Assembly: GCA_965279375.1 (NCBI GenBank)
Contig: OZ257156.1
Location: 3,776,001 to 3,840,000, forward strand
Direction: 5' to 3'
DNA: 64,000 bases
DNA from: Gemmatimonas sp.
GTDB lineage: Bacteria; Gemmatimonadota; Gemmatimonadetes; Gemmatimonadales; Gemmatimonadaceae
The notes under the pieces are model-generated. The model was not told where the DNA came from and made no database searches. It saw only the letters and a program-made list of their open reading frames with translations. This document shows, piece after piece, positions 21,063 through 31,360 of the stretch (position 1 is its first letter; each line of letters starts with the position of its first letter). A program made the translations under genes and the position numbers.

Positions 21063-22453
21063 CAGACGGGCTCCTCGATCGCTTCGACCGACGCCGACGG
21101 CTCGGCGATCGCGGCGACCAACGCAGGTTGTGCAGTGCGGGCTTTCGCGCGCTCGGCGGCGAGCTGACGACGCGACAGGTCGAGTCCGCGCGCACGCAGA
21201 CGTTCGAGATCGGTCGGTCCTACTCGCGGGCTCGCAGGGCTGATCAACTTGCCGCGGTCGAGCCAACGCAGCAGGATGGTCACGAGGACCACGTTCATGG
21301 CGAACAGCGCGAGCGAAAAGAGCGGTCCGCGTGTGACGCCCAACGCATCGAGGCCGAGTGTCGCGCAGGCGACGATGAGGATGTAGGCGAGCGCAACCGG
21401 GAGCATCACGCTCCAGCCGAGCGACATCAGCTGGTCATAGCGGAAGCGCGGCAATGTCCAGCGAATCCACATGAACGTGAACAGGAACAGGCCCGTCTTG
21501 GCTGCGAAGGTGCCCAGCGTGACGATCGTCTTGAGGATCGTCCAGGGCGGTACGTTGTCCCACTGCGTGAAAGGGATGTCCCATCCGCCGAAGAAGAGCG
21601 TCGCCGTCAGACCGCTGACGGTGGCCATGTTCGCATACTCGGCGATGAAGAACATCGAGAACTTCATGCCGCTGTATTCCGTGTGATAGCCGGCGACGAG
21701 CTCCGACTCCGCTTCCGGCAAGTCGAACGGGAGACGATTCGTCTCGGCGAACGACGCCACGAGGAAGGTGAACCACGCGATCGTCAGCGAGAGCACGTTC
21801 CAACCCATGCTCGCCTGTTGCTGAATGATCGCGGTAAGCGACACGTTGCCCGCGAGCAGCAGGATGGGAATGGTGGACATGCCCATCGCGATCTCGTAGG
21901 AGATCATCTGCGCGCTGGAGCGAAGGCCGCCGAGCAGCGCGTACTTGTTGTTCGACGACCAACCAGCCAGCACGATGCCGTACACGCCGAGCGAGGAGAT
22001 CGCGAGCGTGAAGAGATAGCCAACCGGAAGGTTCGCGACCGACATGTCGATCAACCCCCACGGCGTCGGCAGCGGAGCCGCGAGCGGTAGCACCGCCCAC
22101 GTGAGCATGGCGGGAATGAAGGCGAGCGCCGGCGCGAGCATGAACAACCAGCTGTCCGCGTCCGCCGGGTTGGTCTCTTCCTTCATGAAGTTCTTGATGC
22201 CGTCGGCCACCGGCTGCAGGATGCCCCACGGCCCGACACGATTGGGGCCGCGACGATCCTGAATCCACGCGGCGATCTTGCGTTCGGCGAGCGTCAGGAA
22301 CGCGACGCCGAGCATATAGAGGCCGAACACGACGAGAATCTTGATGATGCTCGCGAGAACAAACGTCCCTACTGCGGTCGGCGCGCTCTGCGGATCACTC
22401 TTGGGAAAGAGCGATGCGAGGTCGATCGCCGCGAGGACCGGAAAGCCGCTCAT
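21062..22453 (-). CDS. nuoH: NADH-quinone oxidoreductase subunit H (C-terminally extended)
   Basis: ERKIAAWIQDRRGPNRVGP, AQMISYE, AETNRLPFDLPEAESEL, PRFRYDQLM. Confidence 0.97.
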   Translation of the reverse strand: MSGFPVLAAIDLASLFPKSDPQSAPTAVGTFVLASIIKILVVFGLYMLGVAFLTLAERKIAAWIQDRRGPNRVGPWGILQPVADGIKNFMKEETNPADADSWLFMLAPALAFIPAMLTWAVLPLAAPLPTPWGLIDMSVANLPVGYLFTLAISSLGVYGIVLAGWSSNNKYALLGGLRSSAQMISYEIAMGMSTIPILLLAGNVSLTAIIQQQASMGWNVLSLTIAWFTFLVASFAETNRLPFDLPEAESELVAGYHTEYSGMKFSMFFIAEYANMATVSGLTATLFFGGWDIPFTQWDNVPPWTILKTIVTLGTFAAKTGLFLFTFMWIRWTLPRFRYDQLMSLGWSVMLPVALAYILIVACATLGLDALGVTRGPLFSLALFAMNVVLVTILLRWLDRGKLISPASPRVGPTDLERLRARGLDLSRRQLAAERAKARTAQPALVAAIAEPSASVEAIEEPV

Positions 22454-24027
22454 ACGGTAGCCTCGACCGTGGCCGTCGTCTCACCGAGGATTGGCAGACC
22501 ACGCAATCCGAGTGCGTCGTAGTCGAGCGTTGCGAAGGGCGCGTGTGCTGCGCTCAGCGCCTCGAAGACATCGGAGGGGGCCAGGTACGAGCCCTCGGCT
22601 CCGAAGGCAGCGAGCAGATCGGCCAGCACATACCAGCTCGGGCGCGCAACGCCGGGGGCCGCCTTGGCTTGCAGGAAGCGCTGCACCCGACCGCGCAGGT
22701 TGGTAAGCGTTCCTTCTTCCTCGGCGATGTTCGTCAGCGGCAGCACCACGTGCGCGCGTGCGTTCAACACTTCGGGGAGCGCCGTGCCGGCGTAGATGAT
22801 TGTGGAGGCGCGATCGAGATCGCTGGCGTTCATGCCGTCGAGATCATCGCCAACGATCAGCAGTGCATCGCCATCGCGGACTGGCACCACCGGCGACGTG
22901 AGCTCGTGAAATCCGAGCAGGCGAGCTGCCGTCGCATTGGCCACGCGTTCGGCGCGCAGTGCGAGATCAGCGACTCCTGGAAGTGCGGCTTCAGCGCCGT
23001 GCTGCACGCGAAAGACGCCTTGTCCGTTGGAGTGCGCCACGATGCGCTCCAAAAGAAAGAGCGCTTCGTTGGACAGACTTGCCGACGCCAGTACCACCAA
23101 TCGCTTGCCAGACACACTGCGCACGGCGGTGGCGATAGCATCTTCCCACTCGGTGAGCTTGAGCGTGTTGCCGACACGCGCGTGCGGCTGCTCGATGCGG
23201 TCGCGGCGATTGAACTCGCGATAGCCAGCGCGTCCCACTTCGCACATGTAGAAGTGGTTGACGTCGTCGTTGGGGCGCGGACGCATGCGCACCGCGACGT
23301 TGTCACGCGTTTCGATGACGATGTTGCAACCCTGACTGCAGCCCGTGCACACGGAGGGCGCGCGATCAAGCTCCCACGCGCGCGCCTTGTTCAGGAAATC
23401 CTTGCTGAGCAGCGCACCAACCGGGCAGAGATCCACGACATTGCCGGCCCACGGATTGGTGAGATCGTGCCCTTCCGCCTTTCCGATGTACGCGCGATCA
23501 CCGCGCTCGGACACGTTGAGCACGGGTTCCTGCGCCACATCGCCCATGAATCGCACACAGCGCGTGCAGAGGATGCAGCGGTTCTGTACGTACAGCACGT
23601 CGCCGCCGAAGTCCTCGACGGGATTGAACCGTTTCGGCTCCCGATATCGCGAATCCGCGCGCCCTTCGGCGAAGGTATAGTCCTGCAGCTCGCACTCGCC
23701 GGCCTGATCGCAGATCGGGCAATCGAGCGGATGATTGATGAGCAGGAACTCCAGAACGCCCTTTCGAGCGTCCAGTGCCTTGGGCGAGTGCACGTGCACT
23801 ACCTGCCCTTCCATCACCGTCGTGGCGCATGAGGGCGCGAGTTTCGGAAACTTCTCGACTTCGACGAGGCACATGCGGCACACGCCAGCCACCGGCAATC
23901 CCGGATGGTAGCAATAGTGCGGAATGAGTACGCCGGCGGTCTTCGCCGCTTCGAGAATCGACGTACCGTCGGGCACCGTCACCGGGCGCCCTTCGATCGT
24001 CAGATTCACCATCTTCACGTCAGCCAT
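22450..24027 (-). CDS. nuoG: NADH-quinone oxidoreductase subunit G (short form)
   Basis: CYHPGL...CRMCLV, NHPLDCPICDQAGECELQ, RCILCTRCVRF, CPVGAL, CTGCSQGC. Confidence 0.95.
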   Translation of the reverse strand: MADVKMVNLTIEGRPVTVPDGTSILEAAKTAGVLIPHYCYHPGLPVAGVCRMCLVEVEKFPKLAPSCATTVMEGQVVHVHSPKALDARKGVLEFLLINHPLDCPICDQAGECELQDYTFAEGRADSRYREPKRFNPVEDFGGDVLYVQNRCILCTRCVRFMGDVAQEPVLNVSERGDRAYIGKAEGHDLTNPWAGNVVDLCPVGALLSKDFLNKARAWELDRAPSVCTGCSQGCNIVIETRDNVAVRMRPRPNDDVNHFYMCEVGRAGYREFNRRDRIEQPHARVGNTLKLTEWEDAIATAVRSVSGKRLVVLASASLSNEALFLLERIVAHSNGQGVFRVQHGAEAALPGVADLALRAERVANATAARLLGFHELTSPVVPVRDGDALLIVGDDLDGMNASDLDRASTIIYAGTALPEVLNARAHVVLPLTNIAEEEGTLTNLRGRVQRFLQAKAAPGVARPSWYVLADLLAAFGAEGSYLAPSDVFEALSAAHAPFATLDYDALGLRGLPILGETTATVEATV

Positions 24028-24036
24028 GTCCTAACC

Positions 24037-25364
<1,328 letters not shown>

Positions 25365-25365
<1 letters not shown>

Positions 25366-25916
25366 TACTTCAGCTCCGACAGAATGCGCGGGACCGACTC
25401 CGGCGTCACAGACTCGACGAAGTCGTTGTTGATCATGATCGGCGTGGGGAATCCGCAGGCACCGAGGCACTCCACTTCAATCACCGTGAAGCGACCGTCG
25501 GCGCTCGTGAGTCCGAGGTCGCCGCAGCCGGAGTGTTCGAGCAGCGACTTCACCACATCTTCTGCGCCACACACGTTGCACGGCGTGGTCGTGCACACCT
25601 GAATGAAGTGGCGTCCGACCGGATGCTGATGGTACATCGTATAGAACGACGTCACGCCCTTCACGTAGGCGGGCGTGACACCGAGGCGCTGTGCGACCTC
25701 TTCCATCGACGCTTCGCTCACCCAACCGCGCGCGTCCTGCACCAGCCACAGCGCTGGCAACAGCGCGGCCTGCTTGCTCGGATAGCGGGAGATGATGAGT
25801 TCCAACTGCGCGAGCACATCACCAACGAACACCGGCGTGTGCGGTTCGTCGTGATGCGTGCCGTGTGGCGGGGCGGCGACGAGCGCGCCTCCGCTGGCGG
25901 AAGGACCGTGACTCAC
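25365..25916 (-). CDS. nuoE: NADH-quinone oxidoreductase subunit E
   Basis: SFYTMY, VCTTTPC, ECLGAC [2Fe-2S] ligands. Confidence 0.96.
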
Positions 25917-27232
25917 CGGTCGATCTCTCCCATGACGATATCGATGCTGGCGTTGATGGCGATGACGTCGGACAGCAGATGTCCTTCGACCATCTTGGGA
26001 ATCGCCGAGAGGTTCACGAACGACGGCGGACGAATGCGCCAGCGGACTGGCTTTGCGGAGCCATCGCTGACGAGGTAGTAGCCCTTCTCACCCTTGGGGC
26101 TTTCGACGGCGACGTAGCACTCGCCGACCGGCGGTCGCGGCCCTTCCATCACCAGCTTGAAGTGATGGATCATCGATTCCATCTCGCTCGTCGCCTTGTG
26201 CTTGGGCGGCAGAATGAGACGAGGATCGTCCACGTTCACTGGACCATCCGGCAGACGACGCACGGCCTGCTCAAGAATACGGACGCTCTGCCGCATCTCT
26301 TCCACGCGCACAAGGAAGCGATCGTAGACATCGCCCGCGGTCCCGACCGGCACGTCGAAGTCGTATGTCTCGTAGTCGAGATACGGGAAGTCCTTGCGCA
26401 CGTCGTAGGCGACGCCGGACGCGCGCAGCATCGGTCCGGAGAGGCCGGCGTTGACCGCTTCCTCGGCAGACATCGCGCCGAGTCCAACCGTGCGGCCAGC
26501 CCAGATCGCGTTCGTCTCGAGCATCTTGACGCATTCCTCGAGCGTCTTCGAGAAGCCCTTGATGAAGGCGCGCAGTCCGTCGAGCCAGCCATCCGGAATG
26601 TCGGCTGCCATGCCACCGACGCGGGTCATCGAAGTCGTGAGTCGAGCACCCACCCAGCCTTCGAGCAGATTGTAGACGTTCTCACGTTCCTGATACAGCC
26701 AGAAGAACGGCGTCAGCGCACCGATGTCCACCGCGGTGGTACCGAGCCAGACGATGTGCGAAATGATGCGCGACAATTCCATCGCAATCACGCGCAGCAC
26801 CGTGCAGCGCGGCGTGATCTCTACGCCGAACAAGCGCTCGCACCCTAACGCGAAGGCGACGTTGTTGCCCGGCGAATTGAGATAGTCTTCGCGATCCGTC
26901 CAGGGAATGATCTGATTGTACGGGCGATACTCGCCGATCTTCTCGAAGCCGCAGTGCAGATAGCCGACGTGCGGAATGCAGCGCACCACTGTCTCGCCAT
27001 CGAGCTCGAGCACCAGGCGGAGCACGCCGTGTGTGGCGGGATGTTGCGGCCCGATGTTGATCAGCATGTGATCGGCATCGAGCTCCGGTTCCACACGTGA
27101 CAGTCCATCGAGCGCGACGGCGCTCTGTCCCCGCACCACGAGCGGTGCGCGGATCGGCATGCCGTTGGCGTCGACGCCGCTCGTTCCCAGCGCCATTTCA
27201 ATCGTGCGGCGGGTGTCGGTTGACGCGCTCAT
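25913..27232 (-). CDS. nuoD: NADH-quinone oxidoreductase subunit D
   Basis: NIGPQHPATHGVLRL, GYLH, ESPKGE, DIVMGEIDR. Confidence 0.97.
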   Translation of the reverse strand: MSASTDTRRTIEMALGTSGVDANGMPIRAPLVVRGQSAVALDGLSRVEPELDADHMLINIGPQHPATHGVLRLVLELDGETVVRCIPHVGYLHCGFEKIGEYRPYNQIIPWTDREDYLNSPGNNVAFALGCERLFGVEITPRCTVLRVIAMELSRIISHIVWLGTTAVDIGALTPFFWLYQERENVYNLLEGWVGARLTTSMTRVGGMAADIPDGWLDGLRAFIKGFSKTLEECVKMLETNAIWAGRTVGLGAMSAEEAVNAGLSGPMLRASGVAYDVRKDFPYLDYETYDFDVPVGTAGDVYDRFLVRVEEMRQSVRILEQAVRRLPDGPVNVDDPRLILPPKHKATSEMESMIHHFKLVMEGPRPPVGECYVAVESPKGEKGYYLVSDGSAKPVRWRIRPPSFVNLSAIPKMVEGHLLSDVIAINASIDIVMGEIDR

Positions 27233-27942
27233 TCTCCGCCCTCCTCGCCTGCACGGGTGGCGCGATCATCCGCGAGGCGGCGGCGCATGTCCTCGGGCAG
27301 TGAATTAAACGCTTCGGCGATGCTCAACTCGTTCATCGAGTAGCGGGCCTCAGGATCCTGCGCGAGGGCCTGCTTGAGCTGTTCCGAGCGACTGAACCGA
27401 CCACGCAATGGGAAGTTCTTCCGCAGCGGATGGCCTTCCTTGTAGCTGTCCCACAGCAAAATGCGTCGCAGGTCGGGATGGCCGTCGAACTTGATGCCGA
27501 ACATGTCGTAGCACTCGCGTTCGAGCCAATCCGCGCCGCTGTAGATGTCCATGATCGACGGGACGATCATCGTGCCACGCTTCGGCAGCTCGACCTTGAG
27601 CCGCAGGAATCGACGACCGGCCAACGCGCGCAGATGCCACACCACTTCGATCGGGCGCATGACGTCGCGATACTCTACCGCGGTTACGTCCACGAGATAG
27701 TCGTAGCGCTGCGACGGCTCATCGTGCAGCCAACGCACCACTGCGTGAATCGCGTCGACGCGCACATACACGGTGGTCTCGCCCCACGTGACGTCAGCGC
27801 GTTCGATCGCCTCGCCGAACTGCGCACGCAGCGCGTCGACCGAAGGATTCATCGCGCCGCCACGATGCGCGACGTGCTGCGGCGTTGCCGGAAGTCCGAC
27901 TGCCTCGCCGGCTGCTGGCGTCGGAAGATTCGGAGTGGTCAC
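27229..27942 (-). CDS. nuoC: NADH-quinone oxidoreductase subunit C
   Basis: [34 protein letters not shown]. Confidence 0.96.
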   Translation of the reverse strand: MTTPNLPTPAAGEAVGLPATPQHVAHRGGAMNPSVDALRAQFGEAIERADVTWGETTVYVRVDAIHAVVRWLHDEPSQRYDYLVDVTAVEYRDVMRPIEVVWHLRALAGRRFLRLKVELPKRGTMIVPSIMDIYSGADWLERECYDMFGIKFDGHPDLRRILLWDSYKEGHPLRKNFPLRGRFSRSEQLKQALAQDPEARYSMNELSIAEAFNSLPEDMRRRLADDRATRAGEEGGE

Positions 27943-28565
27943 GGGTTTGAGCGCGTCTGATTGACCGAGTTGCCAAACGGCTCCGACAGCTCGTCGATGC
28001 GCGAGGGCGGGATGTACAGCTGGCTCGTCGCATCCGGCTCCATCTCGACGTGCGCCTTGGCATCACGCAGACGATCGCGCATCACCTTCTGCTGCAGCAT
28101 CATGATGCCGTGCATCAACGCTTCCGGGCGCGGAGGGCAGCCCGGCACGTACACGTCCACCGGGATGATCGTGTCGATCCCCTGCACCACCGCGTAGTTG
28201 TCGAACATGCCGCCGGTGGAGGCGCAGGCGCCCATGGAAATCACCCACTTGGGCTGCGGCATCTGCTGATAGATGCGGCGAATGACCGGCGCGAGTTTGT
28301 ACGGCACTCGGCCCGCGCAGAGCAAGACGTCAGCCTGTCGCGGCGAGAAGCTCAAGCGCTCCATGCCAAATCGCGCGAGGTCGAATCGTGCTGAGGCGCT
28401 CGACATGAACTCGATGGCGCAGCAGGCGGTGCCGAATGGCATCGGCCACATCGAGCCAGCACGCGCCCAGTTCACGAGGAAATCGAGTCGCGTCGTCACC
28501 CAGCCGTCTTGCGACTTGGGATCCACAGGGACGATGCGACGGTCGAGTGACGGCGTTACTCCCAC
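27939..28565 (-). CDS. nuoB: NADH-quinone oxidoreductase subunit B
   Basis: [30 protein letters not shown]. Confidence 0.97.
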   Translation of the reverse strand: MGVTPSLDRRIVPVDPKSQDGWVTTRLDFLVNWARAGSMWPMPFGTACCAIEFMSSASARFDLARFGMERLSFSPRQADVLLCAGRVPYKLAPVIRRIYQQMPQPKWVISMGACASTGGMFDNYAVVQGIDTIIPVDVYVPGCPPRPEALMHGIMMLQQKVMRDRLRDAKAHVEMEPDATSQLYIPPSRIDELSEPFGNSVNQTRSNP

Positions 28566-28960
28566 GTCAGTGCTCCCTTTTTCCAGACATACACGAAGCC
28601 GACGACGAGAATCACTGCAAAAACGAGCATCTCACCGAGCCCGAAGAAGCTGAGCTGTCCGGCTGGGCACGCGTTGGCGACCATGGGCACGGCGCATGAT
28701 AGCTGCCGATAGTAGACACCCCACGGAATCATGAACACCGTCTCGATGTCGAACACGATGAACAACATCGCGACGAGATAGAATTTCACCGAGAAGCGAT
28801 CGCGCGCATCGCCGAGCGGCGCAATGCCGGACTCGTAGGGCTGCGATTTCACGGCCGTGGGCTGGGCACGCACACTCAGATGCGAGAGGCCAAGAATGAC
28901 CACCGCATTGAGGATCACGAACCCCAGCAGCAGGAGCACCGGGAGGTAATTTCGAAGCAT
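28556..28960 (-). CDS. nuoA: NADH-quinone oxidoreductase subunit A
   Basis: PYESG loop, [27 protein letters not shown] 28960. Confidence 0.95.
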   Translation of the reverse strand: MLRNYLPVLLLLGFVILNAVVILGLSHLSVRAQPTAVKSQPYESGIAPLGDARDRFSVKFYLVAMLFIVFDIETVFMIPWGVYYRQLSCAVPMVANACPAGQLSFFGLGEMLVFAVILVVGFVYVWKKGALTWE

Positions 28961-28991
28961 CAGGGCCGCACCGAGCGAATAATCGCCGTCC

Positions 28992-29009
28992 TCGTGAAAG
29001 AATTCACAA
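28992..29009. promoter_or_regulatory. Rex-type operator upstream of nuoA
   Basis: TCGTGAA-AGAA-TTCACAA, one mismatch to the Rex consensus TTGTGAA-N4-TTCACAA; ends 32 bp upstream of the nuoA ATG. Confidence 0.75.
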
Positions 29010-29022
29010 TAGAGGTTGAAAG

Positions 29023-29051
29023 AAAGTAGTGAGCGGACCACCGAGGCTCAA
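29023..29051 (-). promoter_or_regulatory. Sigma70-type promoter for the nuo operon
   Basis: Minus strand TTGAGC-17 bp-TACTTT in an AT-rich intergenic region. Confidence 0.6.
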
Positions 29052-29243
29052 CAAGTGATACTCCTCTAAGTATCCGAAATAACCGGCTACCCTAGTTTTA
29101 CCAGAAATTGACACGCGCTTCATTTGATCCGACGACGCGTAGCACGTTCGGTAAACCATTCGTAGCTTACCGCGCAGGCGCGATGTGGGCGGACCGATCG
29201 GTCCGAATTCCCACGGCTCCGACACCCTCTACCCTCGTCAGCC

Positions 29244-29798
29244 ATGGGGCTTTGCTCCGATCGGTGGATTACGCGCATGGCGCGCGAACACGGCATGATC
29301 GAACCCTTCGAGGATCGCCAGGTCCGCGAAGGCGTCATCTCATACGGCGTCAGCTCGTACGGCTACGACATGCGCGTCGCGCGTGAGTTCAAGATCTTCA
29401 CGAACGTGCTCAGCTCGATCGTGGACCCGAAGCAGTTCGACCCGAAGAGCTTTGTCGAATTCGAAGGGGATGTCTGCATCGTGCCCCCAAATTCCTTCGC
29501 ACTCGCACGCAGCGTCGAATACTTCCGCATTCCGCGCAACGTGCTGACGCTCACAGTCGGCAAGAGCACCTACGCCCGCTGCGGCATCATCACCAACGTC
29601 ACGCCATTCGAACCTGAGTGGGAAGGATATGTGACACTGGAAATCTCCAACACCACGCCGCTGCCGGCGAAGATCTACGCCAACGAGGGCATTGCCCAGG
29701 TCGTCTTCTTCACCGGAGACGAACCGCCCGAAGTCAGCTACGGCGACAAGAAGGGCAAGTACCAGGGGCAGCACGGCGTCACGTTGCCGCGCATCTAG
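29244..29798 (+). CDS. dcd: dCTP deaminase
   Basis: [36 protein letters not shown]. Confidence 0.96.
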   Translation: MGLCSDRWITRMAREHGMIEPFEDRQVREGVISYGVSSYGYDMRVAREFKIFTNVLSSIVDPKQFDPKSFVEFEGDVCIVPPNSFALARSVEYFRIPRNVLTLTVGKSTYARCGIITNVTPFEPEWEGYVTLEISNTTPLPAKIYANEGIAQVVFFTGDEPPEVSYGDKKGKYQGQHGVTLPRI

Positions 29799-29839
29799 TT
29801 CGTTTCGCCGAGAGACGAGTTGCCCTCTCTCAGCCGCCT

Positions 29840-31339
29840 CTAGCGCTTGGGAGCCGCACGCAGCTCCGGGAGCCCGTCGAACCAGTGACGGAGCCCCGGA
29901 CGTGCGGCGCAAGCCTGAAGTCGCCACGCGCGGGCTCGCCCCCATTCCTCCGCGCGCGCCAGAAGCTCGACCAGCCGTACCGTGGGCGGCGAGAAGATGT
30001 CGTTGACGGTGAGGCTGTCCCCTTCGAGGAGCCGAGCCTCCAGTGCGGATATCGCCTCGCGCAGCTCGGCTCGCATGACCTCTCGGTAGCCTGCCTCGCC
30101 GCGCGCCTCCCACCCAGCCGCGTAGCGACTGAATGCCGCCGGATTCGCTCCGTTGCGCCTTTCGGCGAGTGCATCCACGAACTGACCGGAATCTTCCAGC
30201 ACGCGAACGAGCCGCGCCCGCGCGGGTTGATGTCGTGCGTCCAGTGACAACGTCTCGCGCAATGCGACGAGCGCGCCTTCCGTATCGCCGACGGCCGCGC
30301 GGGCCGCACCGAGTGAACTCCACATGTGCGGGATGTCCGGCTCGAGCTTCACCGCGATCTCCATCTGCGAGAGCGCCTCATCGACGCGACCGTCCATGCC
30401 CAGCCACACGCCATAGAAGCGGTGCGCCTCCGCGTACTCCGGCTCGTTGCGTACCGCCGTGGAGAACTCACTGCCTGCACGTGCCCAATCATCGTCGAGG
30501 TACATGGCACGCACGGCGAAATGCACGTGCGGAATCGCCAGGTTCGGGTCGAGCTCCGCGGCGCGATGACTGAACTCGATGGCGCGCCCAAACTGTTGAT
30601 GGAAGTTCTCGAGCGTACCGCGCCGTGCGGAGACGGCGTAGTAGTTGGACAGCCCGGCCAGAGCGGGCCCAAAGGACGGATCCTCAGCGAGCGCTCGCTC
30701 AAAATACGTGCGAGAGCGTTCCAGTTCGCTTGGGGCGCCGCCGTGTGCGGCGCGCAGAAAGAGATAGTGCCCACGCAGGTACAGCGTGTACGGATCGATC
30801 GCGTGCGCACGCGCGTGCGCCGTCGGCGGGCGGTACGGGACAGTCGACTGCGATGCACTGGAGCGCACGAGATCGTTGATGCGTTCTCGCTCTGCATGCG
30901 CCCATTGGTTAAACGGTTCTGCGTGATCCACGCCGAAGTCCCAGAGCGGACTGATGTCGGAGGTTCGCAACGGCAGAGAGCCGGTGACACACATGCGCTC
31001 CAAATCCAGCGCGTCACAGCCAAGGACCCGCGGATTGATACCTACCAAGTGCTCACCGATCGACACGACCACGTCACGCCCCAGTGCGACGCGAATCGTG
31101 TACAGCGCGTTCCGGAGTGCGCGCCGCGCGTCAGGCTCGGTTCGCCCCGGCCAGAGCAGCTGCATCAGATGGCTTCGAGCATGCGCGCCTCGAGGTCGCG
31201 ACAGCAGCAGGTAGCACAGCAGCGCGAGTGGACGCGGCTGCGTGATCAACGACGGCTGCTCCGCATCGTCCGACGAATGGACGCCGAGCGTTCCCAGTAC
31301 ACGAAGGACGTACGGAGCAGGAGTCTGCATCTGCGTCAC
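29840..31339 (-). CDS. SARP/AfsR-like winged-helix transcriptional regulator with TPR repeats
   Basis: LRVLG...ALLCYLLL...LLWP...ARRALRNALYTIRVALG; F..W...ERER partial BTAD; then TPR-like repeats (YLRGHY, FERALAEDP, AAELDPN, AVKLEPD). Confidence 0.75.
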   Translation of the reverse strand: MTQMQTPAPYVLRVLGTLGVHSSDDAEQPSLITQPRPLALLCYLLLSRPRGAHARSHLMQLLWPGRTEPDARRALRNALYTIRVALGRDVVVSIGEHLVGINPRVLGCDALDLERMCVTGSLPLRTSDISPLWDFGVDHAEPFNQWAHAERERINDLVRSSASQSTVPYRPPTAHARAHAIDPYTLYLRGHYLFLRAAHGGAPSELERSRTYFERALAEDPSFGPALAGLSNYYAVSARRGTLENFHQQFGRAIEFSHRAAELDPNLAIPHVHFAVRAMYLDDDWARAGSEFSTAVRNEPEYAEAHRFYGVWLGMDGRVDEALSQMEIAVKLEPDIPHMWSSLGAARAAVGDTEGALVALRETLSLDARHQPARARLVRVLEDSGQFVDALAERRNGANPAAFSRYAAGWEARGEAGYREVMRAELREAISALEARLLEGDSLTVNDIFSPPTVRLVELLARAEEWGRARAWRLQACAARPGLRHWFDGLPELRAAPKR

Positions 31340-31360
31340 ATGCGGCGGGAGGGGTGAGTG

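Noticed and set aside
29108..29113. Perfect TTGACA upstream of dcd
   Set aside because: No acceptable -10 hexamer at 16-18 bp spacing
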